A stretch of DNA of 64,000 nt from Eledone cirrhosa (GCA_964016885.1 OZ024742.1:117552001-117616000), one strand, 5' to 3'; shown: positions 42,370 to 55,606, counted from the first letter of the stretch. A program made the numbers and translations. The notes: a model not told the origin generated them from the letters alone.

Positions 42370-42465
42370 TCAGGACCCCGACGGCAGAGCTCAAGCCGTT
42401 TCGACGGCTATTTCTTGACTGAAATAGCCGTCGAAATGGCTTGAGCTCTGCCGTCGGGGTCCTGA
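42370..42465. repeat. GC-rich palindrome (45-bp arms, 6-nt loop) containing the 3' half of a hammerhead-like motif
   Basis: Arms 42370-42414 and 42421-42465; related copy at 61570-61630. Confidence 0.85.
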
Positions 42466-42482
42466 CTCTTTTCCTTTATATG

Positions 42483-42539
<57 letters not shown>

Positions 42540-43726
42540 GTATATATAGGTATGTGTATATATATATTTGCATATATATATGTATGGATGTATGTGTATA
42601 TTTGTATATGTGAGAAATCTAAAATGTTTCTGAAGATCTGAGCCCATAATTCCACATTCTATATAGTGTTGTCATGTATAGAATATACTACATACTTTAT
42701 TTTTAACTCCTACCACTCCTTTCTGATGTATTTTGAAACTGTACTGCTCTCTTGCTTCATACTGAATCAAGCTATTCTTTTGGTCAAGAGGTTGCCTATG
42801 TTCTTAGTATAGTCCCAAATCAACCTCGAATGCAGTCTATGATCGTAGATATTCCAGTTATGTCCATCCTATCTTTGCTTTGGGTAAAATTTATCCAGGG
42901 CTATGTCATCCTAGTTCTTTTTCCAATTTAGACAGCCAGTATTTATAACAGCTACAGTAATTCAATAGGGACCTGCTCTTTGACATGAGATCTCACTAGG
43001 CATGTAATGATAGAAGTTCTTTGAGAGGCTAAGCAATTTTTTTTTTTTTTTTTTGTCTCTGTATATCAGGTTTTCCCAAACTTTTTCAAACACGGAACTC
43101 TTTTTGGTTTAGAAACTTTTGGGGCAACCCCAAAGTAGAGTACTGTTATGTGGTCATAATACAAACATGCTCCTCTACCTTTTTTCACAGAACCCCAGAC
43201 ACTTGTAGAACATTCTCTGCGATTCACTGCTCTATATTCTGAGTCAAAATCCTTCAGTGTTGATAGCACATTTAATTTACTAAAAATTGAGAAGTACCTG
43301 CTAAGTATCAAAATATATTTAGTTATCTATAACTAATGACCATTACTCCAATAAATTATAAGGCCATCATATTTATTTTATATCCACTTTTCCATGCTGG
43401 CATGGGATCAGTTCTGTTGTCTATCTTATGATGTATTTATACATCAAATTATATAGTAATCTAAATAAACCATTCTCTCAAAAAATAGAAACAATATTAT
43501 CTTGGATATATTATACTGACCTGCCTAACCTGAAACTGAATTTAACTCTATTAGTGAAATTTCTTCTGATGGTGTTGAAATTAAAACTTACCATCATAAT
43601 TTCATATAATACTTATTTATAAATTTATAGCTTAATAATGTAATAGTTATTTTGTGAAATTCTTCCTAATTCTTGATTATTTTTAAATTCTATTTCAACA
43701 CAAAGGCAGTTTATTTCACTAGAAAT

Positions 43727-43908
43727 AATTGTTTCTACTTTTGGCACAAGGCCAGCAATTATCCCAGTGCATTACTGGTGCTATATTTTATCAACCCCCA
43801 TAAGGATGAAAGGCAAAGTTAACCTCGACAGGATTTGAACTCAGACTGTAAAAGGTCGTAACTCTATTCTGCAAAGCATGGTGTCTGGCGCTTTACTGAT
43901 ACTGCCAA
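43727..43908 (-). mobile_element. SINE family 2
   Basis: Matches 50010-50196. Confidence 0.8.
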
Positions 43909-44953
43909 AGAGTGAAGGGAAATTCAAAATCCATAAATTATGCTTTAACTATTTTGTTTTTCTCAAATGAAATTATTCTAAAACTATATTGCTAAAAGGT
44001 TTGTTTGATTCTTGAGAAAGGCAGAATTGTTGTCACATCTGTCCAGATCCTTGACCCAAGGACTGACAGCATATTTGACTATCTTTTAAATTGATATTTT
44101 TGGTGGTAGGGGAGATTCTATAATAATGAATATTGTTGATTATCTTTAAAAAAAGAGCTCATATAATTTACCAAGCAACTTTTATAACAAAGTATAAGCT
44201 ATGAAGTGAATTTTGATATTATTGAAAAACTTTTAAAAATGTAATTGTCATTGAATGCAGTACAGCAATAAAGTTATATAACTGAAAAGCCAAAATGATT
44301 TTCAAAAAGATAATCAATTCTGCCATCCATCTAATATATATATATGTCAGGAATTATTATTCTTTTTTTTTCCCCTATCACTTTATTTATCAGTGCAACT
44401 TTATTTTATATGATTTCTTTTTCAGAATATTCTTACATATGTCTGTTTAATTGAGGATTAAATGTTAGTAATCTCTAATTTTTATCCTACATAATTGTAT
44501 TTGTATAATCTGGTTTATCAACATTTTTTTCTGTTACAAATACGTCATCATTTGTAACAATCAGATCTCAGCTTCCTCATCGGCTCATATTTAAGTGCTG
44601 TTCAAGTTGTTATTCTTTTATGTGTAGCCCTAAATGAGCCCTGATTAAATAAGACTATAATTATTTGATACCATGTCTTTATTTTTCAGAAATAGTGCAT
44701 TCTTCTAAAATAAGATCTTATTAATCTGTGTAATTTCTTAGAGAAAATTAGGTTGTATATAAATAACCCTTTTGTATTTATTATAGATATATTTTTTATT
44801 GTTACAAATTAGCATTTGCAAGATCTCAGCCATTAAAACTATTTTCAAAATGTATTATGTTGAAAATAATCAACACAAAACGTTTGCACCTTTTAACTAC
44901 CCTAAGATCTAGATTTAGATTTATTTCTTTATCATGTCATATTAATATTTAAG

Positions 44954-45061
44954 GTGTTCCTATTGAAGCTGTCACACATAAGCTTGGACAGAATTCTACG
45001 AAGTTCAAATGTTTGCTACAAGCCTTCATTAATTACGGCAAAACTGATGATTATGGACTTT
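44954..45061 (+). CDS. Candidate 108-nt host exon, product unknown
   Basis: tttaag acceptor and gtaagt donor; two open frames (VPIEAVTHKLGQNSTKFKCLLQAFINYGKTDDYGL or VFLLKLSHIS...); unique sequence. Confidence 0.3.
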
Positions 45062-45744
45062 GTAAGTATAGATGATCACATGGTCCGTCACACACTGAAA
45101 GAAGAGCAAAGCACATAGCATAATAATTCCTTATAGAGAGAAATAACAGTAAGATAAGTTAGAAGTAAATGAACAATTAGTTGGATTTCAGATGGCAGTA
45201 ATATTTCATCATGATTTATGTAATTTGTTTTTAAAAAAAGAAAAACCATATCACTGCATCTCCTTTAAATATTCCTGATAGTTCTTCTAATTTTGATTCT
45301 TTACTGAAATTCAACTGAATAATTAAAATCATAAACAAATCTATTTCAAAAGACAATAACACTACAGATATTTAAAAACGGAAAATAAAAGGAAGAACAA
45401 GGGGGAAGGTGGTGGGCTCTAGTCCTAGGGCGCAGTTTTGTATATAAGGTTATGTTGTAGAAAATCAGTGGTTCCCAGATTTACTGTGTCACAGAATCTT
45501 TCAGTGATATTCTAAGTCACAGAACCCAAACTTATACTTTATAAACAATCATTAAACAAAACAAAAATTGTTTTAGAGAGACATTTTATTCAAATACAAA
45601 AACAATAATATTAAAACAATATAATAAATTTTTATTAAATTTTATTAAAAATCTCCCTATTTCACAGAACCTTAGAATTTTGTTGTGGATCCTACTTTTG
45701 TGGAAAACATTAATCTAAACAATGGGTACAATATTTGACAAAAT

Positions 45745-45918
45745 ATTGGTTTCTAATTGAGGCACAAGGCCAGCAAATTTGGCTAGTATTTTATTCTATT
45801 GATCCTGGAAGAATAGAAGGCAAAGTTGATCTTAGCATGGTTTGAACTCAGTAAAAAGCCAGAACAAATACAACACTGGCCTTTTATCCAACACTCTATG
45901 AACTCTGCTAATCCACAA
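45745..45918 (-). mobile_element. SINE family 2, degenerate
   Basis: ggcacaaggccagc...ggcaaagttga...tttgaactcag. Confidence 0.65.
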
Positions 45919-46939
45919 CACTCATTTACACACCATTTATCTTTTTAAAATATAACCAAACTTAACAATCTAATGTATGAATTATTTAAAAAATTATAAA
46001 TTATGGATATATTTAGTTATTGACTTTTGGTATTGTTGGGCATCTACATCAGTCCTAACTGATTAATATAAATCATGACAATCTTGTAAGAAGACAAAGT
46101 GCATTTAGGATTACATTCTCAAATGAGTCATTCTTTTTTCTAGGTCAAGTAACCATGTAGAGGCCTTTTTCAACTCATAATTCATTTGGAAATATTTCTA
46201 AGTAAACTTATGCCATCCAATGTCCTTTTATATAAAACTGGACTTTAGACAAATTTATTTATAATTCATCTACAAAAATGAAATATATTTATAAAAATAG
46301 GTTACTCTAATCCCAACTTAAATGACTTGTATCTATAGATGAATTGTTGCAGCTGAATTCACTAGCTCTCATAAGATTGATATCAGACCTAAATCACATA
46401 GGTGGTATGCTTCTGTTACACACATTTTATTACTTCTTTAATTACTTACTTCACTATAAAAGTTTAACTCAAATATATTTATAAGTTATTTTACTTTTCT
46501 AAAATATGAAGCCAGCAGTCCTCAACTGTGGAGACAACAAGTGTCCCAAAAGAATTATCCTCTTCCCATTCCAAAGAGGTAAATCCCTCATCTGGGACAC
46601 ATGCTGTGACACATTCTCTGCCTTCAACTTGGTCAGCTTAGTTACAAACCCTTCGTCTTTGCACCAGTCACTGTTGAGATTTTAGGCATCTTTAGACTCC
46701 ATATAGCTGAACTCCTCTATAAAATCGGAATAACAGCACATGTTTGCACATCATCAGTTATGGCATGCCCAGTTCTCCTTGTATAGGAAAGATATGAAAT
46801 ATAGAAATGAGGTGGTAGTGATGCTAGTGGGGAGTCACATTTTAAGGTATTGGGATCTCAAAGATAAGATGGTACAAGATCAAAATGAATGGCAATTTGC
46901 TAAAGTGTAGTCTCATCTCACTTATACCAGCAAGAAGGG

Positions 46940-47095
46940 AAATAATTCTTTCTAACATTGGCACAAGACCAGCAATTTTAGGAGCTTAGGAAAAGCGATT
47001 ATATTAACTCCAATACTTGATTGGTACATTATTTTATCGACCTTGAAATCATGAAAGACAAAGTTGAAAATGGTAAGATTTTAACTCAGAAAATA
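46940..47095 (-). mobile_element. SINE family 2 relative, degenerate
   Basis: attttatcgacc...atgaaagacaaagttga. Confidence 0.6.
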
Positions 47096-47479
47096 AATGG
47101 ATGTAACTAAATACCACAAAATCATAAATAGATGTAACTAAATGCCAATTGTAACCAATAAACAGATGTCTGTTAATGTTCCTTAATCATGTTGCATAAA
47201 CACTGAATAAAAAACATAATTAGGAATTTTATAAAGACCAAATGAACTGTTAACAAAATCCCTCAAATATGTAATTTTATAGTATTTTTCACAAAAAAAT
47301 AGTTTAAAATAAATAAACATTAAAATAATACAATATGTATTTTCCAAACATAAAATATGAGTCTATGTATGTGTGGATTAGCAAAAGGAGCATTAGACAA
47401 AATACCTTGCAGTATTTGTTGTGGCCTTTTGCATCAAAGAAATGTTAGAGAGCCGTTCTCACCACTAATATGTCAGCTG

Positions 47480-48130
47480 TGATGCCTCTTCTATGGGTTT
47501 CTTCTAAATGACTTATTAGTTCTTTCTGTACTTTTTGGTTTTATGTAGCTAACTCTTAGTTGAAACTCACTGATCCTGCTTTAATTTTTCTTTTTAACAC
47601 AACCCACCTGTTGTTTATGATAGCCCTTGTCAGTTCCTGTTCGACAAGTTCACTAATCCAGTCCCTGAATTCTTTCTGCACCAGGAAGGATGCATTCAGT
47701 TTCTGGTAACCAGGGCCCTGTTGGTTACCCCTGCATAATACTTATGTGCATCTAAAATGCTGTTCCAGTCACCCACTAATACTAGTGAATGAGATAATCC
47801 CAGGAAAGTCTGTAGATATCTAAAAAATTTAGGTCTTCCAGTCCCTGTCAGAACATAAACTACCACTAGTCTGAAAGAACCTCCATCTCCTTCTTTGCTG
47901 CTCATGTCCAGAACAATTAATCCATCTTCCATGTCCATAAAAAAACATTCTTACCTCTATGTCTAGGCCTTTCCTAAAGAGCACTACTATGCCACATGAA
48001 CTGGGCTGACCACAAGAAACATAGGCTTTGTAGTCATCCAGTAACTGAGATAGTGAGTGCATCTCAGAAATCCTGAGCCTGCTAATTGCTCCCACATCCA
48101 GAGGCAGTTTTCTAAAGTCATTGAACAGGT
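47480..48130 (-). mobile_element. L1/Tx1-like APE endonuclease relic
   Basis: GIVVLFRK, SFRLVVVYV and LVLVGDWNSILD in frameshifted ORFs 47829..48095 and 47696..47938. Confidence 0.65.
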
Positions 48131-48164
48131 GCTCGTGCTTCTACTTCAACCCTAATCCAAGTCA

Positions 48165-48505
48165 CCATGCTTTGCAGCAAGGAGTTACGGCCCTTTATGA
48201 TCTGAGTTCAAATCCCGCCAAGGTTAACTTTGCTGTAATACACTGGGGTAATTGCTGGCCTTGTGCCAAAAGTAGAAACAATTATTTATACAACCTATTC
48301 TCAGTATGGATTGGCAGATGGATTGGAAGTATTGGTAGAGGATCAGAGGCCATGCTTTGCAGCATAGAGTTACGGCCCTTTACAGTCTGAGTTCAAATCC
48401 CACCGAGGTTAACTTAGCCTTTCATCCTTACGGGGTTGATAAAATAAAGAACCAGTAATGCACTGGGGTAACTGCTGGCCTTGTGCCAAAAGTAGAAACA
48501 ATTAT
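48165..48505 (+). mobile_element. Two tandem SINE family 2 copies
   Basis: 48165-48285 (deleted) and 48306-48505; the 29-bp flank attatttatacaacctattctcagtatgg is duplicated. Confidence 0.85.
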
Positions 48506-48531
48506 TTATACAACCTATTCTCAGTATGGCC

Positions 48532-48873
48532 CATCATCATCATCATCATCATTTTTATGTCCGCTTATTCCTGCTTGCAAGGGTGGGACGGGAATTAATT
48601 CTAGCTTGATTTCTACAGCTGGATGCCCTTCCTAACACCAACCTCATTTACAGTGAGTGCTGGGTGCTTTTTTCCGTGGCGCCTCCACGACCACTTTGCA
48701 GTGGAATGATATGGACTCCAGTCCTATCATCTCATTTCTACAGCTGAGTAAACTGGAGCAATTTGAAATAAAGTGTCTTGCTCAAGGAAACAACACATCA
48801 CTCGGTCTGAGAATTGAACTCAGAACCTTTCGATTGCAAGGCCAATGCTCTAACCACTAAGCCATGTGCCTCC
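48532..48873 (-). mobile_element. SINE family 1, full length
   Basis: Near-identical to 11925-12268. Confidence 0.9.
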
Positions 48874-48924
48874 AATCAAAATGGAAAATAAGAAACAAAA
48901 CGAAAATGGGAGTGGGTCACTTAC

Positions 48925-49127
48925 CCTCTTTCTTTAGAAAACCAAGGCTTTAGGGCTGTTCCTCCTGAGAAATACCCAAAGAGTCCCCGAAGCGTCTTGG
49001 ACTTGGGTCTTTTCCTAAAATCACTTAGATCCTGTGGGAATCGTTCCAGGAGTTCTGAGTAAACTCCTGGTGTTGTTTTTATAAGCAGTCCATCGGCCTT
49101 TGTTTTTGGTAATAATAATAATAGTAA
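48925..49127 (-). CDS. Candidate 203-nt host exon, product unknown
   Basis: Acceptor ttttgtagtcctacag, donor GTAAGTG, locally raised GC, open frame LLLLLLPKTKADGLLIKTTPGVYSELLERFPQDLSDFRKRPKSKTLRGLFGYFSGGTALKPWFSKER. Confidence 0.45.
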
Positions 49128-50009
49128 CTGTAGGACTACAAAACTATATAATAAAATGTATGCCTAATGCTAGAAACAAGTGTTTAACAATTGAGATAGA
49201 CTGTAAAAACTATGAAAAATGTAAATGGTTTTGTTCTTCTTCCCTAGCTAAATTCCAAATAGCATTTCCCCTTGCAATTACATTATGGAAGAACCATTTT
49301 AGTCTTAAAACAACAACAAAAAACCTCTTATGTTCCCTTTTTATTTATTTTGTTTGGTATTAAAATTGTTATCACATCTCTTTGACATTGACACTAATAT
49401 AATTCCACTTCTGTGGAATTATACCAATGATCAGATCATAGAAATGTGATAAAAACTTAAACACTTATAGAATAAATGAAAAGTAAATATGACAGTGTGT
49501 GTTGTTTTGAGTGTGTTTTAATGACTAAAATGTCTCTTCCATGATGTAATAACTTCAGTTTCGTCATACAGTTTTTGATTGAGACCCACAACACAGTCTT
49601 AGGTCAAATCAACACAGCCTTAGATCACTTGCGAAACCAGTACAATGCCAACATTTCCCTTAGAATTCTTCCACAATGCTTTCATAAAGTAGTAGTGTTA
49701 TTGCACCAATTACTTATCTCCACTTCAATAACCCTAAAAAAAAATTCAGCTCCATTCTAATTTTGATTTTCTTTTTCCAAAATGTCTGACTAGTAACAAC
49801 TTACATTTTCTCTCATCTCTATCTTTTCAATGTTTTCGTTTTTACTTTCATCTGTCTTCCTTTCACTACTATCTATCAAACACCTACTCTTCATTCTCTT
49901 TCTATCTTCCAATAAAAGAGTAGTATATCTGAAACCGTAAGACATTTTTCCAACTACATTAACCAATAATCTAATATACCATCATTATATTTTATTGTTT
50001 TATTGTAGG

Positions 50010-50196
50010 GTGGTGGATTGGCAGTATCGGTAGAGGGTCGGACGTCATGCTTTCCAGCATAGTTACGTCCCTTTACGATCTGAGTTCAAATCCCGCCGAG
50101 GTTGACTTTGCCTTTCATCCTTACGGGGTCGATAAAATAAAGTACCAGTAATGCACTGGGTAATTGCTGGCCTTGTGCCTAAAGTAGAAACAATTA
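50010..50196 (+). mobile_element. SINE family 2, young copy
   Basis: Box A-like TGGCAGTATCGG, box B GAGTTCAAATCC, central gactttgcctttcatccttacggggtcgataaaat block (Meta-domain-like, from recall); attatattttattgtttt repeated on both sides. Confidence 0.88.
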
Positions 50197-51865
50197 TATT
50201 TTATTGTTTTCCTGTGTTGTTTTTCCTTGTCTACTTTTATCATATATATCATCATTTAATGTCCATTTTCCACATGGATCTCTACATTGGATTTTCACAC
50301 TGGGCACTTATCTGAATTCATGAGTTTCTACTGGATTCCTCCACAGATTACAAGATTTTTTCAGTGCTTTTTGCATTACATGAAAATCTCACACCTCTCC
50401 TCTACTTTCCCTCTCATTCCACACCTTCTTCTCCTCATTCTCTTCCTTTCTGCTTCTATTTCCCATCTTCTCCTCTTCACCCTTCTTCACCCTTCCTCTC
50501 TTCTACTCCTTCTTGCCTCCTACCATTTCCTTACTCTCTCCTTCAACTCACCACCACTCCATCATACCTAACCTCAAACCATTTCTTCACCATCTTCATT
50601 TCTCTCTCAAATATTTACTTCACCCACTTCCTCCCCTTTGCATCCAATCTTCCTAGCATCTTACATACCTCTTCTTCACAAAAACATGCTACTACAGTTA
50701 TGTTACCTTTCTATGACATTGTGCCCCCCCCCCCCCATAACATTTTTTGAGGTTTCCACATCCACTTCCTCCCTACCTCCTACTCTCCCCTCATCATCGA
50801 ACCTGTCCTTACTCCTTCGTCCCACCTACTTATGTGCATGACTCTCCATTCTATCTTCTCTAAGATCTGTTCACTCAACCATGATATCTCCAATGTCCAC
50901 CTCCTCAACTCTACTTACCACTCCTCTCTACCACATATGCACACACTAAGTAATACAAATGAATGGCCTAACAGCATCATTGTCAACAGCTGAAAAGGAG
51001 ATGCTCTAGACAGAAAACTATAGGAGTATCAAGCTGGTTGACCAGTTTATTTATAACAATTAATCATTGTTACAATCTTTTTTGCATTTGGGAAGTGGTG
51101 ACTTGCATGCATGCTCCACCATTGTACTTTTTCTTTACAACATAAGTAGTATATCTATGTGTATCTGTGTGTGTATGTGTATGTTTGTGTGTGCATATTT
51201 AGGTATATAGTGTTAAATGAGTTTACATATGTATGTGGACTTATACACACATTTCTCTATATATATATATTCAGCTTGTCATGTCTTATTGCACAGCTGT
51301 CAACTTCACATGCTGACCATCAATCTGAGCAGATAAACAACCCCAGAAATATGCACCACACTCTCGGACACACTTAAGCATACACAATATCCTCTCAAAT
51401 AAAGTCATTATTCACTGCACACCAGCTATCTTCATACACTAACCAGTATGAAGAAACACACCATCACAATTTTTTTTAACTTATATTACTGCTTATCTCC
51501 TTTATGATAACCTTCAAAAGATTTCAGCCTGGTTCTAATTTTGATTTTCTTTTCCCAAGAGGGATGACTAACATCAAAGCATGCTTTCTCTCATCACTAC
51601 CATTTTCTTTGTTTTCTTTTTTTTTTTTTATTCTTATCTCTCTTCCATTTTCTTCTCTTTCCCAAACAACCACCCTCCGCTTTTCTATTGATGGACTAAC
51701 ATCTGCAATGTTAAGGCTCTTTTACTTTTATTTAAAGTGTTAACTAATATACAATTATTGTTTTTCCTTATTGAATTTTCTTATATATATCATCATCATC
51801 ACCATTCAACGCCCATTATATGTATATTATATGTATTTGTATGTGTGTGTACACATATATTTATA

Positions 51866-52819
51866 TGAGGGAAAGTAAAAAGTTATCCCCATTCTTGTTT
51901 TTTCAATTTATTTACACAAAAGCAAGGGTTAAACAAGTACATCATTTTTCTAAACAGTCTCCTTCCTTTTCAATGTACCTTGTTCAGTAGTCCACAAGCT
52001 TTTGTGTTCCCTCCAGGAAGATTTTCAGTTAGTCACGCAACCATATATGCATTGCTTACTGCACTTCTCTATCTGTAGGAAATCAACGACCACATAAAGC
52101 ATCTTTGAGCAGTCCAAAGAGATGATACTTGGAAGGCATGAGATCTGAGCTGTAGGTAGGGTGTTCCAGTAATTCAAAACCCAATTGGTTAATGGTTTCA
52201 ATAGTCTGGCCAGCCATATATGGGCATGCATTGTCATGCAACAACAAAACTTTCTTTGGCAATAGGTCTTGGCATTTAGTGTGATTGCTGGCTTCAGATT
52301 GCTGACCAGCAAAGCATTGTATCTTGCACTGTTGATTATACACCCCTCTTCCATGTAGTCTTCTAGGCCCTTTTGAGTCCCTCCAAATGGTTAGCATCAC
52401 ATTTCCTGCCGAAGATTGAGTCTTGAAGGTCTTCATTGCTTGTGAGCCAGGATGAGGGGTGAGAGGCGACATGCTTGTTCAGCCACTTTTAAACTTTTCA
52501 ATCCCCTCAGACACACTTCTACATGGTAGTGCACTGTCATCGTATTGTGTTAAAAACTTCCGATGAATTTCAGCCTCTCACACACCTTCTGACTAAAGAA
52601 ATTGGATCACTGCTCTTTGTTCCTCCTTGGTGCACACTGCTAGCAGAGCAGCCATGATTACACTGCAACAGCAGCAAGAAAACTGGTGTGATCAAGCTCA
52701 AAAACTTCAATCATGTGACCACAATAGTACCAACTATAAGCACACATAAGCAGAAGGCAGTGTGACAAACCTAAAGATATGTTATGGCGAAAATGCTGAT
52801 AATTTTTTACTTACCCTCA
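51866..52819 (-). mobile_element. Mariner transposon, internally deleted, pseudogenised transposase
   Basis: TIRs tgagggaaagtaaaaagttatc / gataattttttacttaccctca flanked by TA; LLHDNA and HPTYSSDLMPS (YSPDLAPSD-like) motifs. Confidence 0.92.
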
Positions 52820-53734
52820 TATATATATACACACACACGCACATATACATATATATATATATATATATACATTTACATATAAACAAACACACACGCATGT
52901 GTGTGCATGTGTTTGTCTCTATAGATGTCTTCAATGGTCTTGCCAACTGCTGACATCTGATTATAACCCACAGCTCAAAGATTGAACAATGGAATAAGAA
53001 CCTTACTGAAAAACAGAAGTTACCAGACCACATGACCATAGAATTCTACCTGTTCTTTCAAAAAATGCATTATCCAAACCATGCCAGTATGGGAAATGTG
53101 GACATGAAAACAATGATTATCATGATGACAACAACAATAATACCAGGTTCAAGTTTTTGTGGGGTTCTTTTTGTTAGTTTCACTCATGCCTTCTTACAAA
53201 AATTTTCAAATAGATTAAAGGGTATAAAGAAGATCAACTCATAGTAAGCTAACAAGTACCAGAGTGTAATGTTTTTAGAGGCTACCTTATAGATTTAGCA
53301 AGGCTTTAGATAAACTGAAGCTTAGAATTAAATAGTAGAAAAATTGGCTATTTCAATTAAATCAATTAGGGCTTAGCCTTTTAAGAAACTTTGCTGTTCT
53401 GATTGTGATTAAATAGTTTACAAAGTAATCCCACAGGTAAATTGTAGAACTATAGATGTAGTGCTCAGAGGGACAATGTAAGAACACTAACATTATAAAA
53501 TTAGGAGAAATAGCCTTTAATGCAGGGGAAAAGAGTTCAAAAGCAAAAAAATCATCAATGCTCTATCAAGATGCCAAATTAGAACTGAGTGACTCACTGA
53601 AGAACATTGAGATGAAGATCCTATACATACAGTGAAGTGACTCAACATTATGATAGATCAAGGAAACCACAAATATAGCAGAAACAAAACCCACCCTCAA
53701 TAAGCAAAACTACCATCACATAGTGACTTACAAC

Positions 53735-53963
53735 AAAGCTGTAGAAATGAGATGATAGGACTGGAGTCCATATCATTCCACTGTAAAGTGGACATGGAGG
53801 TGCCACAGCAAAAAAAGCACCCAGCACTCACTGTAAATGAGGTTGGTGTTAGGAAGGGCATCCAGCTGTAGAAATCAAGCCAGAATCAGTTCCTGTATGA
53901 GCAAGACAAGGTCAGGACAACCTGTCTAACCCATGCTAGCGTGGAAGAACGGACGTAAAACGG

Positions 53964-53994
<31 letters not shown>
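53735..53994 (+). mobile_element. SINE family 1 3' half (alternative tail)
   Basis: Matches 41145-41460 in reverse. Confidence 0.85.
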
Positions 53995-54261
53995 AAGATG
54001 TTAGTCTTTACTATATTTACTTTTAGGCCTTTCAAATCTAAACTCTGCTTCAATGTTTAAAATTTTGTCTCTAAATCTACAGATTGAGTGATTTAGCTAT
54101 AAGGACTAGGTCATCAGCATACAAGAGGAGCCCATCATGTAGGTGTGTGACTGTGTATATATATATATAGACACACACATATATATATCATTTAACCCTG
54201 GCTAGTGTGGAAAATGAGCGTTAAACAGTGATGATGATGATGATTATATATATAGAAATGG

Positions 54262-54305
54262 CTTCTACAGGACTAGAACTGTTTCAGTTGGGAGAAATCA
54301 TCATT
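54262..54305 (-). ncRNA. Decayed hammerhead of the 11479/15060 family
   Basis: aTGATGA...GAAA-cagttctagtcctg-TA-gaag; C3 and helix II disrupted. Confidence 0.4.
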
Positions 54306-54427
54306 ACTGTGGGTTATCTCTGATTGAACTCAGGACAAACTTATATATATATACATATATACATACATATATATATATAGGTAAAATAGCAGCTAAAATT
54401 CCATACAAAGCATAATTTTTAATTAAA

Positions 54428-54789
54428 AAGTGAAGGTGAAAAAGCACAAAAGTATATTTAAAGATTATTTTTTCTTTAATCCGACAGAATGAATAATTTT
54501 ATAATTGCTGCATTAAATATAATTGATTTTGATTGGTATAACAATCTTATCAAATATTAAATATTAAGAAAATGTTTTTTCATGTATTCTGTGAGAAGTT
54601 TGATTATATATTGAATATATATTGAAACTGCACACAGAATACTGGAAAAAACATTTTTTTAATATTGAATATTTGATAAGATTGTTGTACCAATCGGAAA
54701 CAGTTATATCAATTATAAAATTATTCATTCTATCAGATCAAAGAAAAAAATAATCTTTAAATATACTTCTGTGCTTTTTCACCTTCACT

Positions 54790-54790
<1 letters not shown>
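54428..54790. repeat. Diverged long inverted repeat in (TA)n
   Basis: aagtgaaggtgaaaaagcaca ... tgtgctttttcaccttcactt; centre near 54612. Confidence 0.85.
54668..54709 (+). ncRNA. Hammerhead-like motif, U3-A8 core (decayed mirror at 54516-54558)
   Basis: atat-TTGATAA-gattg(ttgtac)caatc-g-GAAA-cag-TT-atat. Confidence 0.55.
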
Positions 54791-54819
<29 letters not shown>

Positions 54820-54824
<5 letters not shown>

Positions 54825-55593
54825 TCATCATCATCAGGTCGAGCTTGCTCGGCTTTCTATGACACGTTTCCTCCATCCATCTCTGTCTCTCATAGCGTTT
54901 GCCAGTTCTTCCGCAGTGCATCCAGTATCGTCCTCAAGTTGCTTGATGTATGTCTTCTTGGGATGACCAGCATTTCTTGCTCCATGAAATGGACTCCGTA
55001 ACAACACATCACCTGCTATTTCTTCCTTGCTGCGCCAACAGTAGCCAGCAAATCTGAGTCTCTGTCCACGTATTGACCTGCTGATAGGTGGTATATTGCC
55101 ATAGAGATCCTTATTTGTTGGGTGTTCCCTCCAAGAGATGTTTAAAGCAGCGCAGAGCATACGGGTGTATGCCCCGTCTAGCTTTTTCTCCAGTTTCGAC
55201 GTTAGCGTCCAAGTGATAGAGCCATAAACAAGCACAGATTCCACAGCAGCTCTGAAGAAATTCCTTTTCAGTTTGGCCGGCAGGTTTAATTTCCATATCT
55301 TTTCCATTGCATTCAATGCTCCCCAGGCTTTTCCCAGTTTGATGTTAACATCATGTTCTGTGGAAGCGATATAGCTACCCAGGTATTTGAAGTCATCAAC
55401 TTGCTTGATTATATCGCCGTTTAGACTTCGCATACCAACTGAGGGGTCTTGGTTCAGGCAAATATATTCTGTTTTGCCTGCGTTGACAATCACCGATGCT
55501 GTCTATGCGGATGATTTAGCGGTCCTCGCTGACTACCTTAAGGATGCAACATCACTACTTCACAGCATCGAATCAGTTGCAAAGGAAATCGGA
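54820..55593 (-). mobile_element. RTE LINE (PHD-less family), 5'-truncated with a 5' inversion
   Basis: Minus ORF 54834..55493 ([25 protein letters not shown]); plus-strand piece 55489-55593 encodes ITDAVYADD...EIGL. Confidence 0.92.
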
Positions 55594-55606
55594 CTCTCTC
55601 TCTCTC

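Noticed and set aside
43066-45712. hAT-like MITE ends (caggttttcccaaac at 43066, cagtggttcccaga at 45466)
   Set aside because: Matching opposite TIRs and 8-bp TSDs were not convincingly visible
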